Notes: a model not told the origin generated them from the sequence alone. 51,983 nt of DNA from Bacilli bacterium (GCA_045615545.1 JAZLFA010000041.1:1-51983); one strand, 5' to 3'; positions 38,017 to 48,163 are shown, numbered from the stretch's first letter. Program-made: numbers and translations.

Positions 38017-40863
38017 ATGAGACATAAAGGCCTATTATTTTTATTACTTACTTCATTAGTCATCTCTGGATGCGCTGTTAGCAAAAGTACTACAAGTGAA
38101 AATTCATCAACTTCTAGTCAAAGCGAAACCGAACAAAGAATTAGAGAAATATATCAAGCATATGTAAAAAATGTCACCGATGCTGGTGGCACACCTCTAT
38201 CTTATGAAGAATGGCTAGCTTCTATTAAAGGTGAAAAAGGTGATCCTGGAATACCAGGAAAAGATGGTACATCTTTAATTACTGGTAATGGTGTACCAAA
38301 TAACTCTATCGGTAAAGATGGAGATAGTTATATCGATTCTTTAACATGGGATTTTTATGTTAAGAATAATGGTGTTTGGCAAATTGTCGGTAATATATCT
38401 CCATTATCTGAAGTTTATATCGTGAGTTTTGATACTGCTGGAGGAAGCGCTGTATCTTCTCAACGTGTTCAATATGCGGGAAAAATTAATGAACCAAATG
38501 AGCCTTATAAAGATGGCTACATATTTTATGAATGGTTATTAAATGGAAGACATTTTGAATACGCAAAAGCATATCAATCAAATAATGTTTTAAACTGGGA
38601 TTTATACGCAGTTACTAGTGATGTAACCTTTACTGCTAATTATATTAGCAAATCAGGTAGTTCGTCAGCTGAACCAATTAGTAGCTCAAGCGAACCAATT
38701 AGTTCTACTAGCACACCTATTAGCTCTAGTGAAACACCTGAACCAATTAGTTCTACTAGTGCACCTATTAGCTCTAGTGAAAAACCTGAACCAATAAGCT
38801 CAAGTGTAACTCCTGAACCTATAAGTTCAACTACCTTACCTCCAGTCCCTTATAGTTCAAGTGTAACTCCAGAACCAAGTAGTTCAAGCTTGACTCCTAC
38901 ACCAAGTAGTTCAAGTATCATTCCAACTCCTGTTGAAGAAGAAACAATTAATTACACGTTCACTGACAAAGATTGGTCTGCGCTACCTGAAAGTTGGACT
39001 TCTACAGGTGAAGGTTTAAAGTATGATGGTGACAAAATGGGTGTACAAATAAATGCAAACCCAGGCGCTGGAGGATGTGTTTCACCAAGAAGTTATAACA
39101 ACATTTCCAAAATTGATGTTACTTATTTTTGTAATAGAGGCAATGTAACAAAAGGCACTATCTCAATTAGTGTTGATGGTAAAACAACAACAAAGGATGT
39201 TGATAATTCTTACAACGATCAAAATGTTGGACATATGATATTTAATTATCCAAGTTATGTTAGTGGTGAAGTTACCCTTGAAGTTGAAGTCTCTTATAAA
39301 AGTGTTTATATTCGTTCAATCGCTATTACATATACGAATGGACCTATTGTTCCTATTTATCCAACATCAATTTCTGTTCCTAATTCATTAGATATGATGG
39401 TTGGTAGAACAACCTCGTTAGATGTTACATTTACTCCAAGTAACTGTAATCAAAAGAATGTTACTTTATCTAGTGATAATACAAGTGTTGTAACTATTGA
39501 AAGTGGTAAATTAAAAGCTCTTTCAGTTGGCACCGCTAATGTAACTGTAAAGGCAAAAAGTGAAAGTGGTGCAGATTTATCTGCAACTTGTAAAGTTACC
39601 GTTACACAAGCTATAAATGATGATTATACAATCTTAGTTTATATGTGTGGTTCAACTCTTGAATATGATTCTAGCGAAGATGATGGTGTATATTGTGCTA
39701 CAGCTGACATTGCTGAAATGTTAACAAACTCATGTCCTACTGGAGTTAATGTTGTTGTTGAAACTGGTGGAGCTCAAAAGTGGAGTAGTCAATTTGGAAT
39801 TAAAGCTGACAAAATTGGTAGATGGCATATTGAAGGCAAAACTTTGGTGAATGATGTGCAATTATCTAATGCTGATATGTCTAAAAAGGCTACACTTCAA
39901 AGCTTTGTTGAATATGGTATAAATGAATATCCAGCTGACAAAATGGCGCTATTAATGTGGGACCATGGTAATGGTATATCAGGAACTTGTTTTGATGATA
40001 ATTATAACTATGGTTATGAAGGTTTAACTGCTGGAGAAGTCAGTACTGCAATGGAAGATGCATTTATTGCAACAGGATTTAATAATAAATTTGAATGGAT
40101 TGGCTATGATGCTTGTTTAATGTCTTATTTAGATTCAGCTAGTCTTAATGCCGATTATTTTAATTATATGCTTGCTTCGCAAGAATTAGAAAATGGCGAA
40201 GGTTGGGATTATAATAAATCATTCAAAAGAATTTATGACAATCCGAAAGCGGATAGCAAAACTTTATTAAGCAATATTGCTAAGGATTATGTTGATTATT
40301 ATTCAACAAGCACTTCTTATGAATATAATGATCAAACAATGTCACTTCTTGATTTAAGTAAAATGCCTACATTAACAACTGCTTTTGAATCATACGCTGC
40401 TAATTTTGATAGTGATGATTTATCAAATATCTATGAAGCATATGCTTGCTGTGATTTATTATATGGCTATGGCGTACAATATGATTATTTTGAAGATACT
40501 TACTATCTTGTGTATGATTCTGGATTAGGTGACTTGGCTGAATTCCTTAGTTATATGGAAATTGTATTTCCAGAATATTCAACTTCTGCTATCTTAGAAG
40601 CATTAGATGATGTTGTTATTATTTCTTGTTATGGAGATTATTATGAAGAAGAATTTGACTATCGACCTTGTGGTTTAAGTGTATTTGTTGCTTATGGATT
40701 TGGATTCGAACTTGAAGTAGATAGTCAAGGAAATATTACTGATATGGGTGAACTAGAAGAATTTTATATTTACCCATATAAAGATGAATATAGCGAAAAT
40801 GACACAAAATTATCCACTTGGCGTCTTCTTATGATGGAAAGTGACTTCTGGTACGAAGATTAG
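38017..40863 (+). CDS. Modular lipoprotein with C-terminal clostripain-family (C11) cysteine peptidase
   Basis: Lipobox LVISGC; short GXY stretch (GEKGDPGIPGKDG); InlB B-repeat-like VSFDTAGGS..P.KDGYIF.W; S/P/T linker; Ig-like domain; YTILVYMCGSTLE, VETGG, WDHG, GYDACLM, ASQE.E.G.GW.Y. Confidence 0.85.
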   Translation: MRHKGLLFLLLTSLVISGCAVSKSTTSENSSTSSQSETEQRIREIYQAYVKNVTDAGGTPLSYEEWLASIKGEKGDPGIPGKDGTSLITGNGVPNNSIGKDGDSYIDSLTWDFYVKNNGVWQIVGNISPLSEVYIVSFDTAGGSAVSSQRVQYAGKINEPNEPYKDGYIFYEWLLNGRHFEYAKAYQSNNVLNWDLYAVTSDVTFTANYISKSGSSSAEPISSSSEPISSTSTPISSSETPEPISSTSAPISSSEKPEPISSSVTPEPISSTTLPPVPYSSSVTPEPSSSSLTPTPSSSSIIPTPVEEETINYTFTDKDWSALPESWTSTGEGLKYDGDKMGVQINANPGAGGCVSPRSYNNISKIDVTYFCNRGNVTKGTISISVDGKTTTKDVDNSYNDQNVGHMIFNYPSYVSGEVTLEVEVSYKSVYIRSIAITYTNGPIVPIYPTSISVPNSLDMMVGRTTSLDVTFTPSNCNQKNVTLSSDNTSVVTIESGKLKALSVGTANVTVKAKSESGADLSATCKVTVTQAINDDYTILVYMCGSTLEYDSSEDDGVYCATADIAEMLTNSCPTGVNVVVETGGAQKWSSQFGIKADKIGRWHIEGKTLVNDVQLSNADMSKKATLQSFVEYGINEYPADKMALLMWDHGNGISGTCFDDNYNYGYEGLTAGEVSTAMEDAFIATGFNNKFEWIGYDACLMSYLDSASLNADYFNYMLASQELENGEGWDYNKSFKRIYDNPKADSKTLLSNIAKDYVDYYSTSTSYEYNDQTMSLLDLSKMPTLTTAFESYAANFDSDDLSNIYEAYACCDLLYGYGVQYDYFEDTYYLVYDSGLGDLAEFLSYMEIVFPEYSTSAILEALDDVVIISCYGDYYEEEFDYRPCGLSVFVAYGFGFELEVDSQGNITDMGELEEFYIYPYKDEYSENDTKLSTWRLLMMESDFWYED
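38671..38915 (+). repeat. Ser/Pro-rich tandem repeats, including a 48-bp near-perfect duplication
   Basis: GAACCAATTAGTTCTACTAG..CACCTATTAGCTCTAGTGAAA.ACCT at 38692 and 38740; degenerate EPISSS units flank it. Confidence 0.85.
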
Positions 40864-40910
40864 CAAAAAAAGTCTTGAATTATTTATCTAAATAATATTT
40901 AATAATGTTG

Positions 40911-40970
40911 CGTTAAGAAATTAACGTTTACTCTAAATTCTTAGAGTGGCCATGTGCCACTCTTTGTTTT
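40911..40970 (+). promoter_or_regulatory. rimP leader with terminator-like hairpin and competing stem
   Basis: AGAGTGGC-catgt-GCCACTCT-TTGTTTT upstream of rimP; alternative stem ACTCTAA-attc-TTAGAGT; upstream CGTTAA-gaaa-TTAACG hairpin. Confidence 0.7.
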
Positions 40971-40982
40971 GATAGGGGGGTT

Positions 40983-41441
40983 ATGGAACTAGAAAAACTT
41001 AAAGAATTACTAACTTCTAAACTAACTAGTTTAGGATATGAACTTGTTTCACTTAATTTATCTAAAAATAGAGGTGAAAATGTTCTTTCTTTAGTGGTTG
41101 ATAGAATTGAACCAATTGATATGGATGCTATTACTAAAATCAGTGAAGAAATTAGTGCTTATTTAGATGAACTAGATCCATTAAATTTTAATTACACATT
41201 AGATATTTCTTCTTTAGGAGCGGAAAAGCCTATTAAAGTAGAAGCAATTAAGGACTATGTTAATAGCTATGTCCATGTGCACTTAATTAACCCAATTGAC
41301 GGAGAAAATATTTATGAAGGCACGATTAAAAGTGTCTCTAATGATAGTTTCGTTCTTACTATCAGAATTAAGACTAGAGTAAAAGATTTGGTTATATTAT
41401 TTAATAATATATACGTAATTAGATTAGCTATTAAATTTTAA
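40983..41441 (+). CDS. rimP: Ribosome maturation factor RimP
   Basis: LGYELV, IS..LDELDP, YTLDISSLGAEKP; first gene of the nusA operon. Confidence 0.9.
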   Translation: MELEKLKELLTSKLTSLGYELVSLNLSKNRGENVLSLVVDRIEPIDMDAITKISEEISAYLDELDPLNFNYTLDISSLGAEKPIKVEAIKDYVNSYVHVHLINPIDGENIYEGTIKSVSNDSFVLTIRIKTRVKDLVILFNNIYVIRLAIKF

Positions 41442-41455
41442 GGAGTAATTGAGCT

Positions 41456-43099
41456 ATGAAAATTGATGCTAAACAACTTATCGAAGCTTTAGAAGCAATC
41501 GAAGTTAGCAAAGGAATCAGCCGTGAAACCGTACTTGCGGCTTTAGAAGATGCGATGTGTCGTGCTTATCGTAAAGAATTAGGTGGCGACGATGCTGATG
41601 TACGTGTAAACATTGATTTAGAACAGGGAAGTATTGATATGTTCCATGTTTTAAATGTTGTTAAAGAAGTCGAAGATGATTTCTTAGAGATTAGTGAAGA
41701 AGACGCTAATAAACAAGATGGAAGTAAAAAATATCTCGCCGGAGATGAATTCTTTATTCCAGCTCCAGTAGCAACTTTAAAAAATGCTACATTAATGTCT
41801 ATTAAGTCGATCATGAAACAAAAATTTGCTGAAGTTGAAAGAGGAATTCTTTATGAAGCCTTTAAAGACAAGATTGGAACAATGATCACTGGTAGAGTGG
41901 AAACAATGGATGAAAAAGGTGCCTCCGTTAATATTGGTAGAACAAGTGTTTTCCTTCCAAGAAAAGAAATGATTGGCGATGAGAAGTTTGTTAATGGCGA
42001 TAATATTAAATTATTTGTTAATGACGTTGCTAGTGGCACCAAAGGTGCCCATATCCAAGTTTCTCGTGCTAACGAAGGATTCTTGAAAGCATTATTCTTT
42101 GAAGAAATTGGTGATATATATAACGGCAATATTGAAATTATTCGTATTACTCGTCAAGCAAATGAAAGAAGTAAAGTTGCTGTTTTTGCAAACGATCCAA
42201 ATATCGATCCTGCTGGAGCATGCATTGGTCCAAATGGTAGTCGTATTCAAAAGATTGTTGGCCAATTAGGTAATGGTGTAACAAAAGAAAAGGTTGATGT
42301 TATTTGTTATTATGAAAATCCAATCTTATTTATTGTTGAAGCTTTAAAACCTGCTCGTATTGCTGGATTAGTGGTTAATGAAGAAGATAAATCATCTATT
42401 GTCGTTGTTAAAGATGACTCCTTATCTTTAGCAATTGGTAAAAAAGGTGTTAACGTTCGTTTAGCTGCTAAATTAACTGGCTATAAGATTGATATTAAAA
42501 CTGAAACAGATGCTTTAAATGAAGGATTTGAATTCACATCAATTGATGATGTTAATTCTATGTTGGTTGCTTATAAAGCAACTCGTATCAGCGAAGCTCA
42601 AAAAGCAAGTATCGTTTCTTCTAATGAAATCTTGCCTGGACTTCCAGAAGGATATGTTGCTCCACAAGCTCGTGTTTATGAAGAAGAAAAATCCGATATG
42701 GATGAAGTTTTACTTGAACAAAGCGAAAGCGAAGATATTGAAATTAGTGTTGAACCAGTTAAAGAAGAAACTGTTAAAGAAAATGAACCAACAGTGGAAG
42801 TTACAACTGTTAAGACAACAACCTCGTTAAGCGATCTTGAAAGAAGCTTAGAAGCTGAATCAAGTAAGGCTAATAGAAAAGAATCTAAGAAGTCTTATAA
42901 AAAACCTAAAGTTGAAGAGACTAAAGAAGAAAAGAAAGTCACAACAACCGTTGATCCAAAGAATCAAATGTCTATTTACACTGAAGAAGAACTCAAACAA
43001 CAAGCTCTCGAAGATGCAGAACTTGCAAATGAAGATGCTTATGAAGAAGATGACATCGATTACGATGAATACGACGATTATTACGATGACGAAAAATAA
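41456..43099 (+). CDS. nusA: Transcription factor NusA with long acidic C-terminal extension
   Basis: S1/KH domains, RSKVAV, DPAGACIG, LSLAIGKKGVNVRLAAKLTGYKIDI. Confidence 0.95.
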   Translation: MKIDAKQLIEALEAIEVSKGISRETVLAALEDAMCRAYRKELGGDDADVRVNIDLEQGSIDMFHVLNVVKEVEDDFLEISEEDANKQDGSKKYLAGDEFFIPAPVATLKNATLMSIKSIMKQKFAEVERGILYEAFKDKIGTMITGRVETMDEKGASVNIGRTSVFLPRKEMIGDEKFVNGDNIKLFVNDVASGTKGAHIQVSRANEGFLKALFFEEIGDIYNGNIEIIRITRQANERSKVAVFANDPNIDPAGACIGPNGSRIQKIVGQLGNGVTKEKVDVICYYENPILFIVEALKPARIAGLVVNEEDKSSIVVVKDDSLSLAIGKKGVNVRLAAKLTGYKIDIKTETDALNEGFEFTSIDDVNSMLVAYKATRISEAQKASIVSSNEILPGLPEGYVAPQARVYEEEKSDMDEVLLEQSESEDIEISVEPVKEETVKENEPTVEVTTVKTTTSLSDLERSLEAESSKANRKESKKSYKKPKVEETKEEKKVTTTVDPKNQMSIYTEEELKQQALEDAELANEDAYEEDDIDYDEYDDYYDDEK

Positions 43100-43104
43100 T
43101 TAAT

Positions 43105-43350
43105 ATGATTTCTTTACGTACCTGCGCTTATTCTTATAAAAAAGATATAAAAACAAATTTCCTTCGAGTTGTAAAACTTCCTGATGGAACAATAAAAGTC
43201 GATAAATATCAAAATATAAAAGGACGTGGCGCTTACTTGTGTAAGGATAAAAATATTATTGAGTTAGCTGAAGCTAAAAATAGCTTAGCTCGCGTATTAA
43301 GAAGTAGTGTTGATAAGCAAATATATGATGAATTATTAACACTTCTATAG
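43105..43350 (+). CDS. ylxR: YlxR (RnpM) family RNA-binding protein
   Basis: RTC, LRVV, GRGAYLC motif; located between nusA and infB. Confidence 0.88.
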   Translation: MISLRTCAYSYKKDIKTNFLRVVKLPDGTIKVDKYQNIKGRGAYLCKDKNIIELAEAKNSLARVLRSSVDKQIYDELLTLL

Positions 43351-43361
43351 GAGGGAAAGTT

Positions 43362-45197
43362 ATGGGAAAAAATAAGTTTAATGGACCAGATCGTGAGACA
43401 AACGTCTCCACTAAAGTTAGTGCTGATAAGGTAAAAACTAAAGTTAATGGTGGTGTGTTTGTTTATACTGGTAATATCTCTACTAGCGCTCTTGCTAGTG
43501 CAATTAATGTTCCAGTTGCCGACATCATTAAATTCTTATTTATGCAAGGCAAAATGATTACCATCAATACAATTCTTGATGATGAACTAATTGGCTTAAT
43601 TTGTTTGGAATTTGGTTATGATTTCCAAAAGAAAACCATTGTTGAAGCTGAAAATTTTGAAGAATTAGTAATTAATGATGACCCTTCTAAATTAAAAGAA
43701 AGACCAGCTGTTGTTACTATTATGGGACATGTTGACCATGGTAAAACAACATTAATTGATGCGATTAGAAATTCTAATCTTGTCGCTGGCGAAGTTGGTG
43801 GCATCTCGCAAGAAATAGGTGCTTATCAAAAAGAAATCAATGGTAAAAAAATTACCTTTATTGATACTCCTGGACACGAAGCATTTACCGCAATGCGTAG
43901 CCGCGGCGCTAGTGTCACTGATATTGTTGTTTTGGTTGTTGCTGCTGATGATGGAGTTATGCCTCAAACGATTGAAGCTATAGATCATGCTAAAGCAGCA
44001 CAAGTCCCTATTATTGTCGCAATCAATAAAATGGATAAACCAGGTGCAGATCCAGATAGAGTTAAAACTGAATTAATGCAGCATGATGTTATTGCCGAAG
44101 AATATGGCGGTGATGTTATTTGCGTTGAAATTTCTGCTAAGCAGAAAAAAGGTATTTCTGATTTATTAGAAAATATCATTTTAGTGGCCGAAATGAAAGA
44201 ACTCAAAGCTAATCCTGATCGATACGCAATGGGAACTGTATTAGAGGCCAAACTTGATAAAAATGAAGGTCCAAAAGCTACATTATTAATCCAAAATGGA
44301 ACCTTAAGAGAAGGTGACTATCTTGTTGTTGGTTCTTCTTATGGAAAAGCTAGAAGATTAACTAACGAATTTAATAAAGTTTTAAAAGAATGTTTACCAA
44401 GTACACCAGTAGCGGTTATTGGCTTAAGTGAAGTGCCTGAAGCTGGTGATCGTTTTATGGCCTTCTCACTTGAAAGTGAAGCAAGAGAAATTGCGGAAAA
44501 ACGTCGTTTAATTAAAGAAAGCAAAACTAGAAACGCAACAAGCGCTGCTAGCTTAGATGATTTGATTAATCTTGCAAAAGAAGGTACTATTAAAAACTTT
44601 AATATTATTATTAAAGCTGATTCAACAGGTAGTGCGGAAGCAGTTAAAGCTAGCTTAGAGAAATTATCTAATGATGAAATTAAAATTAATATTGTTCGTG
44701 CAAGTAGTGGCGCAATCACTCAATCTGATGTTCTTTTAGCAAGTGCATCTCACGCGATTATTTATGGTTTTAATGTAAGACCTGATTCATTAACAAGAGC
44801 GAAAGCGGAAGAAGAAAAAGTTGAGATTCGTTTACATCGTATTATTTATGCGTTAATTGAAGAAATTCAAGCTGCGATGAAAGGTATGGAAACTCGCGAA
44901 TTAACAGAAAAAGTAACTGGACAAGCTGAAATTAGAAAATTATTTAAAGTATCTAAAGTTGGTACCATCGCGGGTTGTATGATTACTGATGGTGTTATTA
45001 AGAATGAATCAAGTATTCGCTTGATTAGAGAAGGCGTTATTGTTTACGAAGGTAAACTAGCATCCTTACAAAGAGGTAAAGATATCGCAAAAGAAGTCAA
45101 AGCAGGCTTTGAATGTGGTATGTTAATTGAAAATTATAATGATATTAAGGAAAATGATATCATTGAAGGCTATGAAATGGTGGAGGAAGCTGAGTAA
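43362..45197 (+). CDS. infB: Translation initiation factor IF-2 (short N-terminus)
   Basis: [34 protein letters not shown]. Confidence 0.98.
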   Translation: MGKNKFNGPDRETNVSTKVSADKVKTKVNGGVFVYTGNISTSALASAINVPVADIIKFLFMQGKMITINTILDDELIGLICLEFGYDFQKKTIVEAENFEELVINDDPSKLKERPAVVTIMGHVDHGKTTLIDAIRNSNLVAGEVGGISQEIGAYQKEINGKKITFIDTPGHEAFTAMRSRGASVTDIVVLVVAADDGVMPQTIEAIDHAKAAQVPIIVAINKMDKPGADPDRVKTELMQHDVIAEEYGGDVICVEISAKQKKGISDLLENIILVAEMKELKANPDRYAMGTVLEAKLDKNEGPKATLLIQNGTLREGDYLVVGSSYGKARRLTNEFNKVLKECLPSTPVAVIGLSEVPEAGDRFMAFSLESEAREIAEKRRLIKESKTRNATSAASLDDLINLAKEGTIKNFNIIIKADSTGSAEAVKASLEKLSNDEIKINIVRASSGAITQSDVLLASASHAIIYGFNVRPDSLTRAKAEEEKVEIRLHRIIYALIEEIQAAMKGMETRELTEKVTGQAEIRKLFKVSKVGTIAGCMITDGVIKNESSIRLIREGVIVYEGKLASLQRGKDIAKEVKAGFECGMLIENYNDIKENDIIEGYEMVEEAE

Positions 45198-45535
45198 TGG
45201 CTTCTAGACAAGAAAGACTTGAAACAGTAATTAAGAAAGATATCATAGATATCATTACTTTTAAGTTACAAAATCCAAAACTCGGATTTTTAACTATTAC
45301 AGATGTTATTGTTTCTAAAGATTTTTCTCACGCGAAAGTATTAGTGAGTTTTTATTTTGAAAAAGATAAAAAAACTGGTATTGATATTTTAAATAAAGCA
45401 AAAGGCTTTATTCGTAGTGAATTGGCCCATAAACTTGATACTCGTAGATGTCCTGATATTACTTTTGAACTAGATGAAGGATATGAAGAAGTGGCTCGTA
45501 TTGAAGCTGCATTAGAAAGAGGGAAGCATAAATAA
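45197..45535 (+). CDS. rbfA: Ribosome-binding factor A
   Basis: TITDV.VSKD.SHAKV, AKGFIRSEL, RRCPDITF.LD. Confidence 0.93.
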   Translation: MASRQERLETVIKKDIIDIITFKLQNPKLGFLTITDVIVSKDFSHAKVLVSFYFEKDKKTGIDILNKAKGFIRSELAHKLDTRRCPDITFELDEGYEEVARIEAALERGKHK

Positions 45536-46050
45536 TGAAAGCCGTTATTGTTACTGATATGTTATATGATTTTATTTACGGCGCTCTTAAATGTGAACGT
45601 GCAGTTAAAATCATTAAACCTATACAAAAACTTTTAGAAAAAGCCCATAAAGAAAAGTGGGTCATTTGTTATGTTAATGATACACATGATAAAACAGATC
45701 GTGAATTAGCGATATGGGGAGAGCACGCCATGCGTGGTTCTAGTGGCAATAGAGTTATTGATGAACTAAAACCAATTAATGGTGATAAAGTGTTTGAAAA
45801 GCATTATTATAGTGCATTTGTTAATACTGGATTAGATGAATATCTTAAGGCTAATAATGTTGATGAAATTATTATTGTTGGGGTTCAAGCTCATATATGT
45901 GTTTTGAATACATCAGCAAGCGCTTATAATTTGGGGTACAAAATAAAAGCTCCAAGTAACTGTATTGAAGCTTTTGATCAAGCTAGTTATGATATGGCAA
46001 TGAAATACATTAGCGATTTTTACGCTGTTGATATTTCTCCAATAAAATAA
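45535..46050 (+). CDS. Isochorismatase-family cysteine hydrolase (nicotinamidase-like)
   Basis: DMLYDF, D-T-H and WGEH metal ligands, K..YSAF, G.QAHICV catalytic Cys. Confidence 0.85.
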   Translation: MKAVIVTDMLYDFIYGALKCERAVKIIKPIQKLLEKAHKEKWVICYVNDTHDKTDRELAIWGEHAMRGSSGNRVIDELKPINGDKVFEKHYYSAFVNTGLDEYLKANNVDEIIIVGVQAHICVLNTSASAYNLGYKIKAPSNCIEAFDQASYDMAMKYISDFYAVDISPIK

Positions 46051-46056
46051 CCTATA

Positions 46057-47262
46057 TTAATAAAATTTTTCCATTTCAATATGTTTGATATTGGCTTCCA
46101 TAAATGGGGAGCCTTTTTCTTTAAAACCTAATGAAGTATAGAAATCTTTTAAATGATACATCGCGTGTAAATATACTCTTACAGGATTATATCTAGCACC
46201 AATAAGATCGCTTAGATATTTAATTACTTGGCTAGCGTATTTCTTGTCACGATATTCTTTTTTAACCGCAACTCTTTCAATTTTTATTCCATTTTCAAAT
46301 ATTCTATACCTAATTGTGCCTATAGGTATTTCGTTTAAATATATTAAAAAGCTTTTTGCTTGATATTCTTCTTTTAAGATAAATTCATCTTCACTTGATA
46401 TAGCCATTTCTTTAACGAACACTTCGTTTCTAATTTCGTGCATAATACTAGCATCTATAGAAGATAATACTGGTTTTATTGTTAACCCACAATTATTGAC
46501 TTGATAGTAGATTTCTTTATCCCAAATATCTTCTTTTTCATAATTATCTAACATCGTTAAAAAGTTTTCTTTTGCGAAAGGATATTTTTTATATATATCA
46601 TTTAATAATTCTTTTATTTCTTCTCTAGAAGTATGTTTATCAGCAGGACAAATAGAGTCCATCACTGGAAGATTTTCTTCTTTACATAAACGTTTGATAT
46701 CGTTTTCTCTTACTAGGGATAATGGTCTAATAAATTCAATGTCTGCTTTTTCTAAGTGCATCTTTGGAGAGAATGTCGCTATTCTTCCGCCAAATATCTC
46801 ATTCATAAATAATGTTTCAACTGCATCGTCTGCGTGATGTGCGAACGCCACTTTGTTATAACCTAATTGGTTTGCCACTTTATTAATCGCGGCCTTTTTC
46901 ATTTTTGAACAAATAGAACAAGGTAAATGTTTATCATCATCCTTGTTGGCTTTTAGAATTGGATAAACTTCTTTTGCATCAGCAACTATTAATGATAAAC
47001 CAAGTGATTCGCACCATTTTGTTAGTGGAGTTGCATCAAACCCATCAAATCCTAAATCTAAAATTACAGGTTGGATTACAAAATCTGTATGTGAAAATTT
47101 TTGATATAAACATAACGCATATGTGAGGGCTAATGAATCTTTCCCACCCGAAAGACCAACAACAATCTTATCGCCATGATTAATTAAATTATATTTTTGA
47201 TCTGCTTTTCTTATGCAGGCTAAAACTGTTCTAATAGCTTTCATGCCTATATTATCTAACAA
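46057..47262 (-). CDS. TtcA-family tRNA thiolation ATPase fused to an ElaA-like GNAT acetyltransferase (start may be ATG 47244)
   Basis: SGGKDS PP-loop, CSIC, HHADD, IRPL, CPAD; C-terminal IRNEVFVKE, IGTIR, KIERVAV..EYR, HA, FY..LGF, FMEANIKH..M. Confidence 0.88.
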   Translation of the reverse strand: MLDNIGMKAIRTVLACIRKADQKYNLINHGDKIVVGLSGGKDSLALTYALCLYQKFSHTDFVIQPVILDLGFDGFDATPLTKWCESLGLSLIVADAKEVYPILKANKDDDKHLPCSICSKMKKAAINKVANQLGYNKVAFAHHADDAVETLFMNEIFGGRIATFSPKMHLEKADIEFIRPLSLVRENDIKRLCKEENLPVMDSICPADKHTSREEIKELLNDIYKKYPFAKENFLTMLDNYEKEDIWDKEIYYQVNNCGLTIKPVLSSIDASIMHEIRNEVFVKEMAISSEDEFILKEEYQAKSFLIYLNEIPIGTIRYRIFENGIKIERVAVKKEYRDKKYASQVIKYLSDLIGARYNPVRVYLHAMYHLKDFYTSLGFKEKGSPFMEANIKHIEMEKFY

Positions 47263-47311
47263 TAATATATAACTTTCATTAATTTTTCTTATGAATTATT
47301 ATAATTAAGTA

Positions 47312-48163
47312 ATGGATGGATTTATTTATATAAATAAAGAAGTAGGATGGACAAGCCGTGATGTATGTAACAAAATACAAAGTATTTTTCATACACGTAA
47401 GGTTGGTCATATTGGCACACTTGATCCATTCGCGACTGGTTTACTTGTTGTAACTATTGGTAAAGGGACAAAAGCTGGTAGATTTTTAGAAGATGCTTAT
47501 AAAGAATATGAAGCAGAACTTGTTTTAGGAAAGAAAACATCAACCGGAGATTTAACCGGCGAAATTATTGAATCCAAAAAAATCCCAGCTTTATCCAAAG
47601 AACAAATTATTGAAGTATTAAAAAGTTTTGTTGGTGAATATAAACAAATTCCTCCTATGACAAGCGCTTTAAAAATTAATGGTCAAACATTGTATAAATT
47701 AGCTCACGAAGGAAAGAATATTGAACGTCAAGCAAGAAGTGTCTTTGTTAACTCTATTGAATTAACTTCGTTTGATGGAAATGTAATTAAATTTAAATGT
47801 AATGTTTCCAAAGGAACGTACATAAGAACATTAGGCGAAGATATTGCTGAAAAATTAGGTAGTGTGGGTTATTTGCGATTATTAAATAGAACCGCTATTG
47901 CTAACATAAAAGTGAGCGAATCAAAATACATTTCTGAGATTGGCCATAAAGATATTATTTCAATTAGTAAAGGACTTTCTCATATGCTGAAAGTGGTTGT
48001 TTCAGGATCGGAAATTGAGAAAGTTAAAAATGGTGTATCTTTATACTTTGATAAAATCAAAAATTGTGATATAATATTGATTACTACAGATGATGATCTT
48101 CCTTTAGCTGTATATGCTAGAAAAGAGAATGATCTATTCAGCTGTGTACGTGGTTTGTGGTAA
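47312..48163 (+). CDS. truB: tRNA pseudouridine(55) synthase
   Basis: KVGHIGTLDPFATGLL, K.Y, QIPPMTSALKING..LYKLA, SKGTYIRTL, L.RT. Confidence 0.96.
   Translation: MDGFIYINKEVGWTSRDVCNKIQSIFHTRKVGHIGTLDPFATGLLVVTIGKGTKAGRFLEDAYKEYEAELVLGKKTSTGDLTGEIIESKKIPALSKEQIIEVLKSFVGEYKQIPPMTSALKINGQTLYKLAHEGKNIERQARSVFVNSIELTSFDGNVIKFKCNVSKGTYIRTLGEDIAEKLGSVGYLRLLNRTAIANIKVSESKYISEIGHKDIISISKGLSHMLKVVVSGSEIEKVKNGVSLYFDKIKNCDIILITTDDDLPLAVYARKENDLFSCVRGLW

Noticed and set aside
38671-38915. CRISPR-like array
   Set aside because: The repeats are in-frame coding Ser/Pro linker units without unique spacers, and no cas genes are present.
27616-40863. Genomic island integrated at tRNA-Thr
   Set aside because: I see no integrase, no repeat of the tRNA 3' end and no obvious compositional shift.
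47298-47305. ATTATAAT palindrome as a bidirectional -10 for truB and the TtcA-GNAT gene
   Set aside because: Plausible, but such octamers arise readily in AT-rich spacers and I found no supporting -35 on the minus strand.
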